NCBI GenBank assembly: GCA_963819655.1
Contig: CAWFXA010000001.1
Coordinates: 384,001-448,000, forward strand
Source of the DNA: an uncultured Chloroflexia bacterium
GTDB lineage: Bacteria > Chloroflexota > Limnocylindria > Limnocylindrales > CSP1-4
Length of the DNA: 64,000 nucleotides
Reading direction: 5' to 3'
The first letter of the stretch is position 1. The number at the start of each line of letters is the position of its first letter. Made by a program: the position numbers and the translations under genes. Positions 28,446 to 38,096 of the stretch are shown here, piece by piece. The notes under the pieces are model-generated. The model worked only from the letters and a program-made list of their open reading frames with translations. It did not search any database and was not told where the DNA came from.

Positions 28446-29996
28446 ATGAGCCGTCCTCGCCTCGAGATGCTCGCGCCCGATCTCATCGACCGGATCGTCG
28501 ACGAGGCGAAGCGCGTGCTGGCCGAGGTCGGAATGGAGATCCGCGGGCCGGAGATGCGCCGCCGGCTGGTCGAGGCCGGCCTGCCGACCGATGCGGCCGG
28601 TCGCGTGCTGTTCCCGCGGGACATCGTGGAGCGGGCGATCGCCAGCGCGCCGTCGTCGTTCACATTGTTCGACCGGGACGGAAACCCGCACGCGGACCTG
28701 GGCGAGGATCGCGTCCATTTCGTGCCGGGCTCGTCGGGGCTCAAGACGCTCGACCATCGAACAGGCGAGGTGCGACTCGCGAACTCGACCGACTTCGTCG
28801 AATACGTCCGCCTGGCCGACGGGCTGCAACACATCGCCTATCTCGCCACCGCGTTCTCGACGAACGACGACATCGAGGCGCAGGTGTCGGATGCCTGGCG
28901 CCTCTACATGGTCCTGACCAACTCGAAGAAACCGGTCGTATCCGGCGCGTTCACCGAGCACGGCGTCCCGCGCATGGTCGAGATGATGCAGCTCTTCCGG
29001 GCCGATCTGGCCGACCTCATCGCCCGGCCGATGTCGATCTTCACGATCACCGCGACCGGCAACTTCCGATACTCCGAGGACTCCTGCCAGAACCTGATCG
29101 ACTGCGTCGAGGCGGGGGTCCCGGTCGAGATCGTGCCGGTCACGCTGATGGGGCTGATCGCGCCGGTCACGACGGTCGGCGCCACCATCTTCCACACGGT
29201 CGATGTCCTGGCCGGCATCACGATGGCGCAGGTCATCCGACCGGGCGCGCCGGTGCTGTTCGGCGGGGCGCCCGCGACGTTCCACATGAAGGTCGCCTCG
29301 TCGCCGATGTCGGCGATCGAGGCGTTGCAGCTCGACGCCGCTTATGTGGCGGTCGCGAAGTCGCTGGGGCTGCCGTGCCAGTCGTACATGGCCCTGTCGG
29401 ACGGGCCGATCCTCGACGCGCAGGCCGGGGCAGAGACGTTCGGCTCCGCGCTGATCGCGGCGCTGGCCGGTGTCAACTCCGTGTCCGGGCCGGGAATGCT
29501 CGACTTCCTGCTCGTGTTCAACCTGCCGAAGCTGGTCTTCGACGACGAGATGTGCGGGCAGGCGCTGCGCTTCGTGCGCGAGGTGCGCGTTGCGGACGAC
29601 CTGCCGGTCGACGGGCTCATCAAGCAGCTCATGGCCGACCAGCACCTGATCATGGCCGAGCACACGATGGCCCACTGGCCGACCGAGCTGTACCTCCCCT
29701 CCGCCATCGTCGACCGGGACAACCGCGAGAACTGGTTGAAGGCCGGCGGCAAGGACACATACCAGCGGGCGGTCGACGAGGTCGAGCGGCGACTTGCCGC
29801 CTACCGTCCCGTCGCGACCGACCCAGCGATCGATGTCGAGCTGCGGCGGATCATCAGGTCGGGGTTCGAGTCGCAGACGGAGCTGCCGTTTGTGCCGCCG
29901 GCAGCGGAGCCGTCGGATGAAGCGCTCGCCGCAGTTGCTGCGGGCGATGGGGTGGGGAGGGCGCGGCGCGCCAACCCGAGGCGCCGCGCGAGCTGA
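28446..29996 (+). CDS. Trimethylamine methyltransferase (MttB) family protein, non-pyrrolysine
   Basis: [21 protein letters not shown]-terminus, [27 protein letters not shown]; no in-frame amber codon. Confidence 0.9.
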   Translation: MSRPRLEMLAPDLIDRIVDEAKRVLAEVGMEIRGPEMRRRLVEAGLPTDAAGRVLFPRDIVERAIASAPSSFTLFDRDGNPHADLGEDRVHFVPGSSGLKTLDHRTGEVRLANSTDFVEYVRLADGLQHIAYLATAFSTNDDIEAQVSDAWRLYMVLTNSKKPVVSGAFTEHGVPRMVEMMQLFRADLADLIARPMSIFTITATGNFRYSEDSCQNLIDCVEAGVPVEIVPVTLMGLIAPVTTVGATIFHTVDVLAGITMAQVIRPGAPVLFGGAPATFHMKVASSPMSAIEALQLDAAYVAVAKSLGLPCQSYMALSDGPILDAQAGAETFGSALIAALAGVNSVSGPGMLDFLLVFNLPKLVFDDEMCGQALRFVREVRVADDLPVDGLIKQLMADQHLIMAEHTMAHWPTELYLPSAIVDRDNRENWLKAGGKDTYQRAVDEVERRLAAYRPVATDPAIDVELRRIIRSGFESQTELPFVPPAAEPSDEALAAVAAGDGVGRARRANPRRRAS

Positions 29997-30018
29997 TCAG
30001 CGGTCGCGCATCCCTGAG

Positions 30019-30591
30019 CTACGAGCTACTGGCGTCGACCGGACCGGCCGCGTCGCGCGCGTAGAGGCGGTCGTGAACCCATGGCATGAACCAACGATCG
30101 AGGCCGATCCAGCCCGCATTTCGCCAGGCCAGCGCCAACAGCGCACCAAGGATGATCAGTGCGGGGTTCGATCCCAGGGCCCCTGCCAGCACGAAGTTTG
30201 CGTTCATGAAGACCCCACCGAACGCGGCGATCCCGGTCAGCAGCCCGACCAGCAGGCCCAGACCGACCGCGAACTCGCCGAGGGCGACCAGGGTCGCGAA
30301 CAGCCCGGCGTTGGGTTGCACGACGTTCTCCAGGAACCAGGCATACCAGCCGGGCGTGCCCTCGCTCGCGATCGCGCCGCCGACCATTCCCGCGACCGGC
30401 GCGCCATCGCCGAACAGCCACTCCCCGCTCGTGATCTTGCTCCAGCCGGCGGGGATGAACACCGACGCCATGTACAGCCTGACGACGAGCCACAGCCAGG
30501 CGGCGGTCGTGCTCGCAAACAGGAACCTTGCCCAACGTGGCTCTTGCAGCTGGTCGGGCGTGATCGGCGGCCGGATGAACTTCTCAAGCAT
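30019..30591 (-). CDS. DoxX-family membrane protein
   Basis: VRLYM..F..AGWSKI, GEFAVGLGLLVGLLT, MNANFVLAG, AGWIGLDRW. Confidence 0.88.
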   Translation of the reverse strand: MLEKFIRPPITPDQLQEPRWARFLFASTTAAWLWLVVRLYMASVFIPAGWSKITSGEWLFGDGAPVAGMVGGAIASEGTPGWYAWFLENVVQPNAGLFATLVALGEFAVGLGLLVGLLTGIAAFGGVFMNANFVLAGALGSNPALIILGALLALAWRNAGWIGLDRWFMPWVHDRLYARDAAGPVDASSS

Positions 30592-30685
30592 GCGGACCCT
30601 CCGAGGCACCGATCGTACCGCGCCACGATGCGGCTCGCGCGCGGAGAGTTGCTCGCGCCCGTCACGAGAGAGAGCCCGCGCCACC

Positions 30686-30854
30686 CCGTCAAATACTCGC
30701 CCCGGGAGTCTTGGGCGGCATATCGGCCCGGATTCGAGGCCGTCGAGAGGGGCGCGGCACCCTCTGCGTGCGAGGCTACGCACGATCGCGACGCTGAGCG
30801 CCCCGTCACGCGCCCAAGTCTTCGCCTAAGACTCCGCGGGCGAGTATCTGGCGG
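30686..30854. repeat. REP/MITE-like element, copy 1 (about 32-bp imperfect terminal inverted repeats)
   Basis: Left CCGTCAAATACTCGCCCCGGGAGTCTTGGGCG, right CGCCTAAGACTCCGCGGGCGAGTATCTGGCGG; related ends at 45441-45598. Confidence 0.75.
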
Positions 30855-30907
30855 ACAAGGATCGCCGGAGCGCCGGTCCGGTCCGGATGGCCGGAGCGCC
30901 GCACCCA

Positions 30908-31933
30908 CTAGGACGTCACCGCCACCAGGATGGATTCGACCTCCTGGTGACCCGTGGTGTCGGTGTGCTCCGCGCGTGCCTTCCGGCAGAGGTCCAGCGG
31001 CGTGAGACCGTCATCGGGGTCACGCAGACGAGGGTCCGCCCCGTGGTCGAGGAGACGCCGGACGGCAGCGGGGCGACCCTCCCGTGCCGCCGTACGCAGA
31101 GGATGGCCACCAAAGGCGGGATCGATGGCATCCACCGGCGTGCCGGCAGCGATCAGCGTGTCGATCACCTCCAACCGCTCGTGGTTGGCCGCCATCACCA
31201 GCGCGCGGACCCGGGCGTCCGCTGGCGTGTCGTCGTCGAGCCAGCCGGTCACATCGCCCACCGCGGCGGCCTCCTCGACGCCGTGGACCGTGGCGCCGGC
31301 AGCGACCAGGACATCGATGACGGACGTCATACCGAAGACGGCCGCATGGAGCAGCGCCGTACCGCCCGGGACGCCGCCTGCGTCGTCGGTCGCCTGTGCC
31401 TCGATGTCGGCGCCCGCCTCGATGAGCACACGCGCGACCTCGGCATCACCGTAGCTGGCGGCGGTGATCAACGGGGTTTCCGGGTCGCCGGGCCGGCCGT
31501 CGACCGGTGCGCCGGCACGCAGCAACGTCGCGGCGACGCCTGCGGTGCCAGGGACATCGCGCCACACGGATCGCGCCGAATCGAACCGGAGCATGGCCAC
31601 GTAGCCCAGCGGCGAGGCACCCTTAGGATGGTCCACCCAATGCTCCATGGTGGTCCAGGCAAGGTCGGGCTCTTCGGACAGGAGCCGCGTCAGGCGGTCC
31701 ACCTCGCGGGCGTCGAGGATCTCGCGACGTTCGACATCACGCTTGAGCCGCACCCAGCTCGGGAAACCGTACTCACGGGCGATCGCAAGCTGCGCGCCGG
31801 ACAGTGTCGTGGGCCCGGAGACAGCCTGGATGCGACCGAGCGCCGCAGGATCACCGCTCTTGGCGTCCCTGACGAGGTCCTTCGCGAGTCGACGGATGTG
31901 GTCGAGGCTGGGACGTGGAGGAAGGGCGGGCAT
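30908..31933 (-). CDS. Ankyrin-repeat protein with N-terminal helical domain
   Basis: ETPLITAASYG..VARVLIEAGADI, GTALLHAAVFG, HPLRTAAREG..VRRLLDHGADP, LTPLDLC; N-terminal AQLAIAREYGFPSW motif. Confidence 0.9.
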   Translation of the reverse strand: MPALPPRPSLDHIRRLAKDLVRDAKSGDPAALGRIQAVSGPTTLSGAQLAIAREYGFPSWVRLKRDVERREILDAREVDRLTRLLSEEPDLAWTTMEHWVDHPKGASPLGYVAMLRFDSARSVWRDVPGTAGVAATLLRAGAPVDGRPGDPETPLITAASYGDAEVARVLIEAGADIEAQATDDAGGVPGGTALLHAAVFGMTSVIDVLVAAGATVHGVEEAAAVGDVTGWLDDDTPADARVRALVMAANHERLEVIDTLIAAGTPVDAIDPAFGGHPLRTAAREGRPAAVRRLLDHGADPRLRDPDDGLTPLDLCRKARAEHTDTTGHQEVESILVAVTS

Positions 31934-32056
31934 CGAACGACTCCTTTCGATGGCCCCGGTCCGCGTCGGGCCAGAAGGAGATCGTCGAGCGGCCGGATGG
32001 CCCCAAAGAGGTGGACTCAGTCCTGTCCGCGGACCCGGTGGCGCCCTCTATGCACC
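31931..32056 (-). ncRNA. Candidate structured 5' leader RNA of the ankyrin gene
   Basis: Nested complementary segments GGTCCGCG/CGCGGACC, GGAC/GTCC, GGGCCA/TGGCCC, and a CATCGAA/TTCGATG hairpin enclosing the SD and ATG. Confidence 0.4.
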
Positions 32057-32111
32057 GCCGCGGATGTTATCACCGGGTGCGCGGGCCCCCAGGGCGCACA
32101 TGGAACGAGAC

Positions 32112-32465
32112 CTAGCGCACCTGCCTCTGGATGGCCGGGGTCGCGACGGTCAGCCATGCATCGCCGACCAGGCCCGTGAGCTCGTCCCAGTCGACCTCGA
32201 CATCGAGGTACACGCCGAGCCACCCCCGGTGGCCGACATACGGGGGCCGAAAGAACCGCTCGGGAGCGGCCGCGACCAGCGTCTCTTGCGCGCCGGGCGG
32301 CGCGGCGAGCCAGGCTGCCCGGCGGTCGTCGTGATGGCGATCGGCCGAGGTCACGAACTGCCGCTTCCCGACGAACCAGCTGGCCTCGCCGTGGCTCAGC
32401 CGCTCGGTCGTCTCCGGAAGGGCGAGGCAGATCGCCCGGAGTCGGGCGTAGGGATCGGTCGTCAG
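32112..32465 (-). CDS. MmcQ/YjbR-family protein
   Basis: Frame extended manually: DPYARLRAICLALPETTERLSHGEASWFVGKRQFV...FFRPPYVGHRGWLGVYLD..DWDEL; apparent start is CTG overlapping the upstream TGA. Confidence 0.82.
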   Translation of the reverse strand: MTTDPYARLRAICLALPETTERLSHGEASWFVGKRQFVTSADRHHDDRRAAWLAAPPGAQETLVAAAPERFFRPPYVGHRGWLGVYLDVEVDWDELTGLVGDAWLTVATPAIQRQVR

Positions 32466-32872
32466 ATCGCGCGCATCCGGTTGTTCTTGGCGTCGTGCGT
32501 CAGCTCGGCCTTGCCGAGCGCTTCGAGGAGCGGCGGCAGGTACATCCCGAACCGGCCTCGATAGCCCTTGCGCAGCCCGTACCAGCCGCCGACCGGGTTG
32601 CCCGGGTCGCGTCCCCAGCCTTCGACCGTGCCGGGCTTGGCATCCTTTTGTTCGTCGGCCGCGCCGAGGTCCATCCAGTCACCGTGCTGCTTGAGCATCG
32701 CGTGCAGGTCGTCGATGGCGCTCAGGTTGTACTTCAGCTGGGTCGAACCGACCTGGCACACGAGCGCCGGTGGATCGGCCGTCTCGTCGCGCCACATCTG
32801 GTAGTCGGACGTGCCGGGCGGCGTCTTGAGCTGCCACGGATCCTCTTTGGTGCCACTCCCCGTCGCGGTCAT
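32462..32872 (-). CDS. Conserved hypothetical protein (DUF6855-like)
   Basis: GTKEDPWQLKTPPGTS, GAADEQK, NPVGGWYGLRKGYRGRFGMY; ATGA overlap with the SRPBCC gene. Confidence 0.75.
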   Translation of the reverse strand: MTATGSGTKEDPWQLKTPPGTSDYQMWRDETADPPALVCQVGSTQLKYNLSAIDDLHAMLKQHGDWMDLGAADEQKDAKPGTVEGWGRDPGNPVGGWYGLRKGYRGRFGMYLPPLLEALGKAELTHDAKNNRMRAI

Positions 32873-33333
32873 GCGCTCTCCTCCTTCCGGTCGGCCGTCC
32901 CGACGACCGCCTGATAATGCGGCAGCAGGGTCGTCCAGCCGCCCATGTTGCGATCGCGCCACGTCTGGCCGTCGGCGCCCAGCGCCTCCCAGCCACGGTG
33001 CTCGATATCGATCCTGGTCGAATCGGACGCGATCGATTCGAACCTGATCTCCACTTCTGTCGCCTCTGCGCGCTCACGTTTGAGGTGCCACAAGTAGACG
33101 AGTCGAGCCGGGGGTTCCCACGCGGTCACCTCGCCCCAGTCCCATTCGTCGCCATCGGGCGTCCGCTCGAAGATCCGGCCACCGACCCGACCTTCGAGCA
33201 CGATCTGGAGATCGGTCCGGCCGGTGTGCGTGTGGTCAGCCGGCCACCATCGACCGATCCCGTTCGTCCACGTATCGAAGGCGTGATCCTGCGGCGCCTC
33301 GACGTCGAACGACAGACGGAGTGGCTCGATCAT
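32869..33333 (-). CDS. SRPBCC/AHSA1 domain protein
   Basis: AFDTWT..IGRWWP, WGEVTAWEPPARLVYLW, TEVEIRF, TRIDIEHRGWE, GGWTTLL. Confidence 0.9.
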   Translation of the reverse strand: MIEPLRLSFDVEAPQDHAFDTWTNGIGRWWPADHTHTGRTDLQIVLEGRVGGRIFERTPDGDEWDWGEVTAWEPPARLVYLWHLKRERAEATEVEIRFESIASDSTRIDIEHRGWEALGADGQTWRDRNMGGWTTLLPHYQAVVGTADRKEESA

Positions 33334-33677
33334 CGGGCTCTGCTCCGAGGCTTCGGCGCCGTGTTCTCGGCAACGATCCGATATCGACTCGCGGCCTCGC
33401 CCCAGACGGTCTCGAGATAGCGCCGGACGGCGTCCGGCCCGAGCTCGTCGAGGGCATAAAGCCGTCGCGTGCCGACCGCACGCTCCTTGACGAGCCCGGC
33501 TTCCCGCAGCAGGCGCAGGTGGCGCGAGACAGCCGGGCGACTGATCGGCATCGACGAGGCGAGCTGCCCGACCGACCGCTCGCCGTCGCGCAGCAGCCCG
33601 AGGATCTCCCGCCGATGCGGGTCGCCGAGAGCCTCGAATGGATCGGCCGCCCTTTCCGGGTTTCTGCTCGGTAACAT
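33330..33677 (-). CDS. ArsR/SmtB-family transcriptional regulator
   Basis: FEALGDPHRREILGLL, ISRPAVSRHLRLLREAGLV, GTRRLY. Confidence 0.93.
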   Translation of the reverse strand: MLPSRNPERAADPFEALGDPHRREILGLLRDGERSVGQLASSMPISRPAVSRHLRLLREAGLVKERAVGTRRLYALDELGPDAVRRYLETVWGEAASRYRIVAENTAPKPRSRAR

Positions 33678-33703
33678 CGGAGTTACGGTAACACGATGGT
33701 TAC
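33671..33703. promoter_or_regulatory. Tandem GTAAC-N6-GTTAC operator pair
   Basis: Palindromes at 33671-33686 and 33688-33703 cover the ArsR start codon and its -10 box. Confidence 0.7.
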
Positions 33704-33731
33704 AGGGCGAGTCGGGAGCGTCTCGACCAGA

Positions 33732-34118
33732 TCAGGGCTTCAGCTGGACGATCGCGAGAGCGTTCTTGCCTGGGTCGATGATCCACGACATCCAGGCGAA
33801 ACCAACGTCGGCGATGCCGTCCTCGGTCTTCAGATCCGGCAAGTCGTAGTCCTCGATGCGCACGCCGCGTGCGCGAAGCTCATCGATCTCGACTTGGAGA
33901 TCGTCGACCTCCCAGCCGATCTGCGTCTGACTGTCGGACGTCCCGACCGTGCTTTTCGACACCGCCAGCTTCGTCCCCCCGCCGCACCTGAATTCGATCT
34001 TGTGGTCGCTCTCGGTGACAACGTCCAACCCGAGCTTGCCGTGATAGAAGTCGCGAGCCTGATCGAGATCCTTGGCGAGCAGGATCGGATGGACGCTTGC
34101 GTTTCCCAGCATCATCAT
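33732..34118 (-). CDS. VOC / glyoxalase family protein
   Basis: KDLDQARDFYHGKLGL, WEVDDL..ELRARGV, WIIDPGKNALAIVQ. Confidence 0.9.
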   Translation of the reverse strand: MMMLGNASVHPILLAKDLDQARDFYHGKLGLDVVTESDHKIEFRCGGGTKLAVSKSTVGTSDSQTQIGWEVDDLQVEIDELRARGVRIEDYDLPDLKTEDGIADVGFAWMSWIIDPGKNALAIVQLKP

Positions 34119-34207
34119 TCCCCCAAGTGAGGCCGAGCCCGGCCGAGGTGGGTTCCGGGCTCCTCACGGTGAACACACCGTACGCTGGAAACGTTTCAGG
34201 GGACGCC

Positions 34208-34870
34208 ATGGATCGGAACGATCCCGCGTACCGCGGTCAGGCCGACTACTCGCGGCTGTTGCTCAATCTGTACGACCCGGTGGTGATCGGGTTCTTGTCC
34301 TGGTTCATCTGGCACTGCCCGGCAGAGCCGATCCTCGACGGTTATCGGGACCACATCCGGGATCGCCACCTCGATGTGGGCCCGGGCACCGGCTACTGCA
34401 TCGACAAGTCCGGCCTTGCCGATGGCAGTCGCGTCACGATCGTCGATCCGAACAGGAATGTCCTCGACCACGCCGCGCATCGCCTTCGACGGCTGGACGT
34501 CACGGCCGTCGAGGCCGATGTCCTGAAGCCGCTGCCCGTCGATGGGCCGTTCGACTCCGCCGCACTCAACATGGTGATCCACTGCCTGCCCGGGCCGCTG
34601 TCTCGGAAGGCCGAGGCCGTCAAGAACGTGGCCGCGGTCCTGGCGCCGACAGGCGTGCTGTTCGGCGCATCAGTGCTCGGGACTTCGGGGGCGCACACCT
34701 GGCTTGCGCGCCGTGTCCTCAGTGCCTTCAATCGGCGCGGCGCCTTCGGCAACCTCGACGATACGGAGGCGGGGCTGCGCGAGATCCTTGCCGAATCTTT
34801 CGATCACGTGGAGCTCGAGACGTTCGGCTCGGTCGCGGTCTTCTCGGCGGCGAACCCGCGCCGAGCCTGA
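34208..34870 (+). CDS. Class I SAM-dependent methyltransferase
   Basis: HLDVGPGTGY motif I, FDSAALNMVIHCLPG, LAPTGVLFG. Confidence 0.88.
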   Translation: MDRNDPAYRGQADYSRLLLNLYDPVVIGFLSWFIWHCPAEPILDGYRDHIRDRHLDVGPGTGYCIDKSGLADGSRVTIVDPNRNVLDHAAHRLRRLDVTAVEADVLKPLPVDGPFDSAALNMVIHCLPGPLSRKAEAVKNVAAVLAPTGVLFGASVLGTSGAHTWLARRVLSAFNRRGAFGNLDDTEAGLREILAESFDHVELETFGSVAVFSAANPRRA

Positions 34871-34920
34871 CGGCGCGGCGAGACCGCGCTGGCGAGGCCA
34901 CGCCGAGCGACGTCACCAAG

Positions 34921-36162
34921 CTACGTCCATGGTGAAGGCAGGTGCGTCAGCGGCTCCCGGTCCGGAAGCACGTCCACCTGCAGCGCCGGGTCGGCCGCCG
35001 GCACGTAGCGCTCCTCGAGACCGAGCTCCTTGAGGACGATGTTGCGCGCCTGCGCGATGGCCGTCGTCTTGTAGAACGCGATGGTCCGGCTGAACCCCTG
35101 CCGGCCGAACCCGCAATCGCTGGACAGGATCAGTTGGTCCGCGGGGATCACCTCCAGTGCGCGGCGCACCCGCGCGGCGACAACCGCCGGCATGTCCGCC
35201 TGGAGCGTGCGGTGGTTGACCATGCCGACGGCGACCTTCTTCTTGAGGCGGCCTGCGTATGGCTTGAACAGGTCGATCTCGGCCAGCTCGTTCTCGGTCG
35301 CCTCGACGGTCCAGACATCGCCCTTGAGCCGCTCGAGGTAGATCTCGATCGAGTTCGCGTACGACTCGCCCGTGTAGACCTTCTGCATGTTCGGGTTGCC
35401 CCAGCACGTGTGGATCCACAGCTCGACGTCGTCGAGGCCGTCGACCTCGTGGTTGAACGCGTCGACGAGAAAGTCGAGCAGCTCCGTCTCGTCCGGGTAG
35501 AAGTTCGCGACGAAATGGATGGTCGGCTCTTCGATCTGGATCACCTTGGCGCCGGCCGCTGCGAGCTGGCGCAGCTCGACGTTCATGGCGGTCGACATGT
35601 CCCAGATCAGCTGCTTCTTGTCCTCGAGGTCGTACTCGGCCGTATGGCTGTCGAGGAAGATCGAGAGCACTTGCGACGAGCACGTCCCGAACTTGACGGG
35701 CTTGCCCGCGCGCGCCTGGGCGATCCGCCAGAGCTTGGCGTACTCGAGCGGATTGCGGCGGTCGTGCTCGACCTTGCCGACCACGCGCGGCCACCGCCAC
35801 GTCGTCTCGATCTCGTTCATCAGCGTGCCGGGCGGGAACTCGAGCAGCCGGTCACGGGAGCGCTCGTATTGCAGCTCCTCGTGCTCGAGCCCGGTCCAGC
35901 GTTGGAGCGGGTAGTGATGCCACGAGCGGCCGGCGAAATCCTCGTCGAGGTGATAGTCGCCGTTGGTCACGATGTCGAGCCCGGCGCGCTCCTGGTCGGC
36001 GATCACCGTCGAGTGCGCATCGAGGAACTGTTCGCGGAACTTGACGTCGAGCAGCGCCGTGTCGAGCGGCCGGCCCCACAGGCCGCCGTCGTACCAGCGC
36101 GGCCGCGGCCACGAGCCGGTGACGGTGGCAGGGAGCATCAGGTCCTTGGTGGCCGTGAGCAT
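34921..36162 (-). CDS. Cobalamin-independent methionine synthase II family protein (catalytic domain only, MetE-like)
   Basis: TGSWPRP, QERAGLDIVTNGD, IQIEEP, zinc ligands in HTCWGN, a downstream Glu and SSDCGFG; single barrel, 413 aa. Confidence 0.88.
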   Translation of the reverse strand: MLTATKDLMLPATVTGSWPRPRWYDGGLWGRPLDTALLDVKFREQFLDAHSTVIADQERAGLDIVTNGDYHLDEDFAGRSWHHYPLQRWTGLEHEELQYERSRDRLLEFPPGTLMNEIETTWRWPRVVGKVEHDRRNPLEYAKLWRIAQARAGKPVKFGTCSSQVLSIFLDSHTAEYDLEDKKQLIWDMSTAMNVELRQLAAAGAKVIQIEEPTIHFVANFYPDETELLDFLVDAFNHEVDGLDDVELWIHTCWGNPNMQKVYTGESYANSIEIYLERLKGDVWTVEATENELAEIDLFKPYAGRLKKKVAVGMVNHRTLQADMPAVVAARVRRALEVIPADQLILSSDCGFGRQGFSRTIAFYKTTAIAQARNIVLKELGLEERYVPAADPALQVDVLPDREPLTHLPSPWT

Positions 36163-36267
36163 CGGGCGTGCGCCTCCTCGTCGAATCCGGTGGTGGGTCG
36201 ATCCTAGATCGTCGCCACACCTTCAGAGGCGCGTCTCCCGAAAGCCAGGCGTCAGGACCCGACCGTG

Positions 36268-36681
36268 CTAGCTCTTGGGCTCGAGCTCCAGGGCCGCTGA
36301 GTTGATGCAGTAACGGAGGCCGGTGGGATCGGGTCCGTCATCGAAGACGTGCCCAAGGTGGCCACCGCATGCCGCGCACATGGCCTCGGTTCGGGTCATC
36401 AGGAAGGAGCGGTCGGTCTCAGTCGCGACGGCGGCCGGATCGACGGGCGTGAAGAAGCTGGGCCAGCCTGTGCCTGACTCGAACTTCGCGTCGGACTGGA
36501 AGAGCTCGGCGCCGCAACCTGCGCACCGGTACACGCCGGCTCGATGCTCATCCCAGAGGTGCCCACTGAAGGCTCGTTCCGTTCCCTTCTGGCGGAGGAC
36601 GCGGTATTGCTCGGGGGTCAGTTCTGCGCGCCACTCGGCATCCGATTTGGTGTTTGTAGGCGGGTTCTTGATGTCACTCAT
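36268..36681 (-). CDS. msrB: Peptide-methionine (R)-S-oxide reductase
   Basis: [34 protein letters not shown]. Confidence 0.97.
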   Translation of the reverse strand: MSDIKNPPTNTKSDAEWRAELTPEQYRVLRQKGTERAFSGHLWDEHRAGVYRCAGCGAELFQSDAKFESGTGWPSFFTPVDPAAVATETDRSFLMTRTEAMCAACGGHLGHVFDDGPDPTGLRYCINSAALELEPKS

Positions 36682-36740
36682 GGACAACAGGGTAGGACTC
36701 GAATGTGGCGACTCGATGACGACCAGCCGGGGATCGTTGA

Positions 36741-37262
36741 TCACGATCCCGAGCCTGGGCGTTCGGTCCAGTAGAGGCACATCTCCTTATCGTTTTTGGC
36801 CCAGGTGAACACGCGCATCGCGGAGTGGACCTTCGCGGCAACGGCGCGAGACGGCGCGTTCTCGGGGGACACGAGCGAGCAGGCGACGTCGAAACGCGTG
36901 TTGGCAAAGACCCAGGCGACGCAAGCACGGGCCGCCTCGGTGGCGTATCCGTGGCCCTGCTCGGAGGGGACGATGTGGTAACCGACCTCCGGGATCAACT
37001 CATCCTCGACGAGCTGGAGCATGGGTCCGCAGTCGCCGAGGAACCGCCCATCGGAGCGCCGGATGACGGCCCACAACCCGAACCCGTTCCCCCGGTAGCT
37101 CCGGCGAGCCCACTCGATCCAGGCGGCGACGCCATCGCGGTCGAACGGACCCGGGTAGAACCGCATCGCGACGGGATCACCCAGGACCTCTAGGAGGGCG
37201 TCGAGGTCATCGACTTCGAGCTCCCTGAGAAGAAGGCGTTCGGTCGCCACCACGTCCTGCAT
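36741..37262 (-). CDS. GNAT N-acetyltransferase (RimJ/RimL type)
   Basis: [38 protein letters not shown]. Confidence 0.9.
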   Translation of the reverse strand: MQDVVATERLLLRELEVDDLDALLEVLGDPVAMRFYPGPFDRDGVAAWIEWARRSYRGNGFGLWAVIRRSDGRFLGDCGPMLQLVEDELIPEVGYHIVPSEQGHGYATEAARACVAWVFANTRFDVACSLVSPENAPSRAVAAKVHSAMRVFTWAKNDKEMCLYWTERPGSGS

Positions 37263-37544
37263 CGGCGCAGGATATGGACCACCCGCCTCCGCGTCACGCC
37301 TTCAGCGACGACATCGAGGACTGGCTCAGTGTCCGGGAATGCCGACCGGTCGATCCCAGATCGTCGGGGCCGGTGCGGGAGGTCGCGTGCGCGAGTCGAT
37401 TTCGGGCGTATCGTTGGCTCAGACGAACCGACAGGAACGGATCTGTCATCCGGTGGTCAGTCTGCGGGCGCACGGGTGAGACGGTCGTTGCGATGGCAAT
37501 GGCGTAGCCCGACGTCATTCCGGAGATCTCGTGCGAGACGTGTC

Positions 37545-38033
37545 GTGATCTGGTCGAAGGCGATCCAGACGGTCGTCGGCTTCCTCGTCGGCGTTTTCGT
37601 GGCCGCCAGTGTTGGTCTGATGGCCAGCCCGCCCGATCTCACCCCCGCCCCACCCGTTCCACCTGTCACCGTGGCGATGGCGGTCGAGCTCGTCCCGCCG
37701 AGCACCGGATCCGTACCTGTGGCAACACCTGTTCCGAGGGGCACGCCTGCGCCGTCGCCGACGGCAGATCCGACACCTCGTGCCGACACGAAGAGAGCAG
37801 CGGAAACGCAGCAAGGTCCTAGCCCGAAGCCGAAGCCGAAGCCGAAGCCGTCACCTCGTCCGTCTCCGACCGAGACGCCTGCGCCGCCCACGGATCGAGT
37901 GCCCAGCCCGACGCCCGACCCGACGTCGGTGATCGCACCGACTCCTACCCCCTCGCCTCCTACCCCCTCGCCGAAACCCGGTAGAACGCCGAAGCCGTCG
38001 AAACACGAAAAGCCACCGAGACCGCCGCATTAG
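37545..38033 (+). CDS. Pro-rich membrane-anchored hypothetical protein
   Basis: Hydrophobic N-terminal segment followed by PT/PK-rich low-complexity tail; start uncertain. Confidence 0.45.
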   Translation: MIWSKAIQTVVGFLVGVFVAASVGLMASPPDLTPAPPVPPVTVAMAVELVPPSTGSVPVATPVPRGTPAPSPTADPTPRADTKRAAETQQGPSPKPKPKPKPSPRPSPTETPAPPTDRVPSPTPDPTSVIAPTPTPSPPTPSPKPGRTPKPSKHEKPPRPPH

Positions 38034-38096
38034 GTCTTCCTGGCACAGCGTTCGTGAATGTCGGGGTACGCGACGATCGGGTGGTTCTGTGTCCTG

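Noticed and set aside
27558-29920. Long overlapping ORFs of about 700 aa (27558-29675 minus, 27809-29920 plus) and similar shadow ORFs throughout
   Set aside because: Arg/Pro/Gly-rich, motif-free antisense or off-frame ORFs expected in high-GC DNA; the overlapped frames carry clear family motifs.
36163-36267. SAM, SAH or cobalamin riboswitch upstream of the MetE-like gene
   Set aside because: Only about 100 bp and no recognisable consensus; an Rfam scan would be needed to exclude it fully.
37824-37850. CCGAAG x4 microsatellite as a phase-variation tract
   Set aside because: In-frame hexamer encoding PKPKPKPK within a low-complexity linker; length change would not shift the frame.
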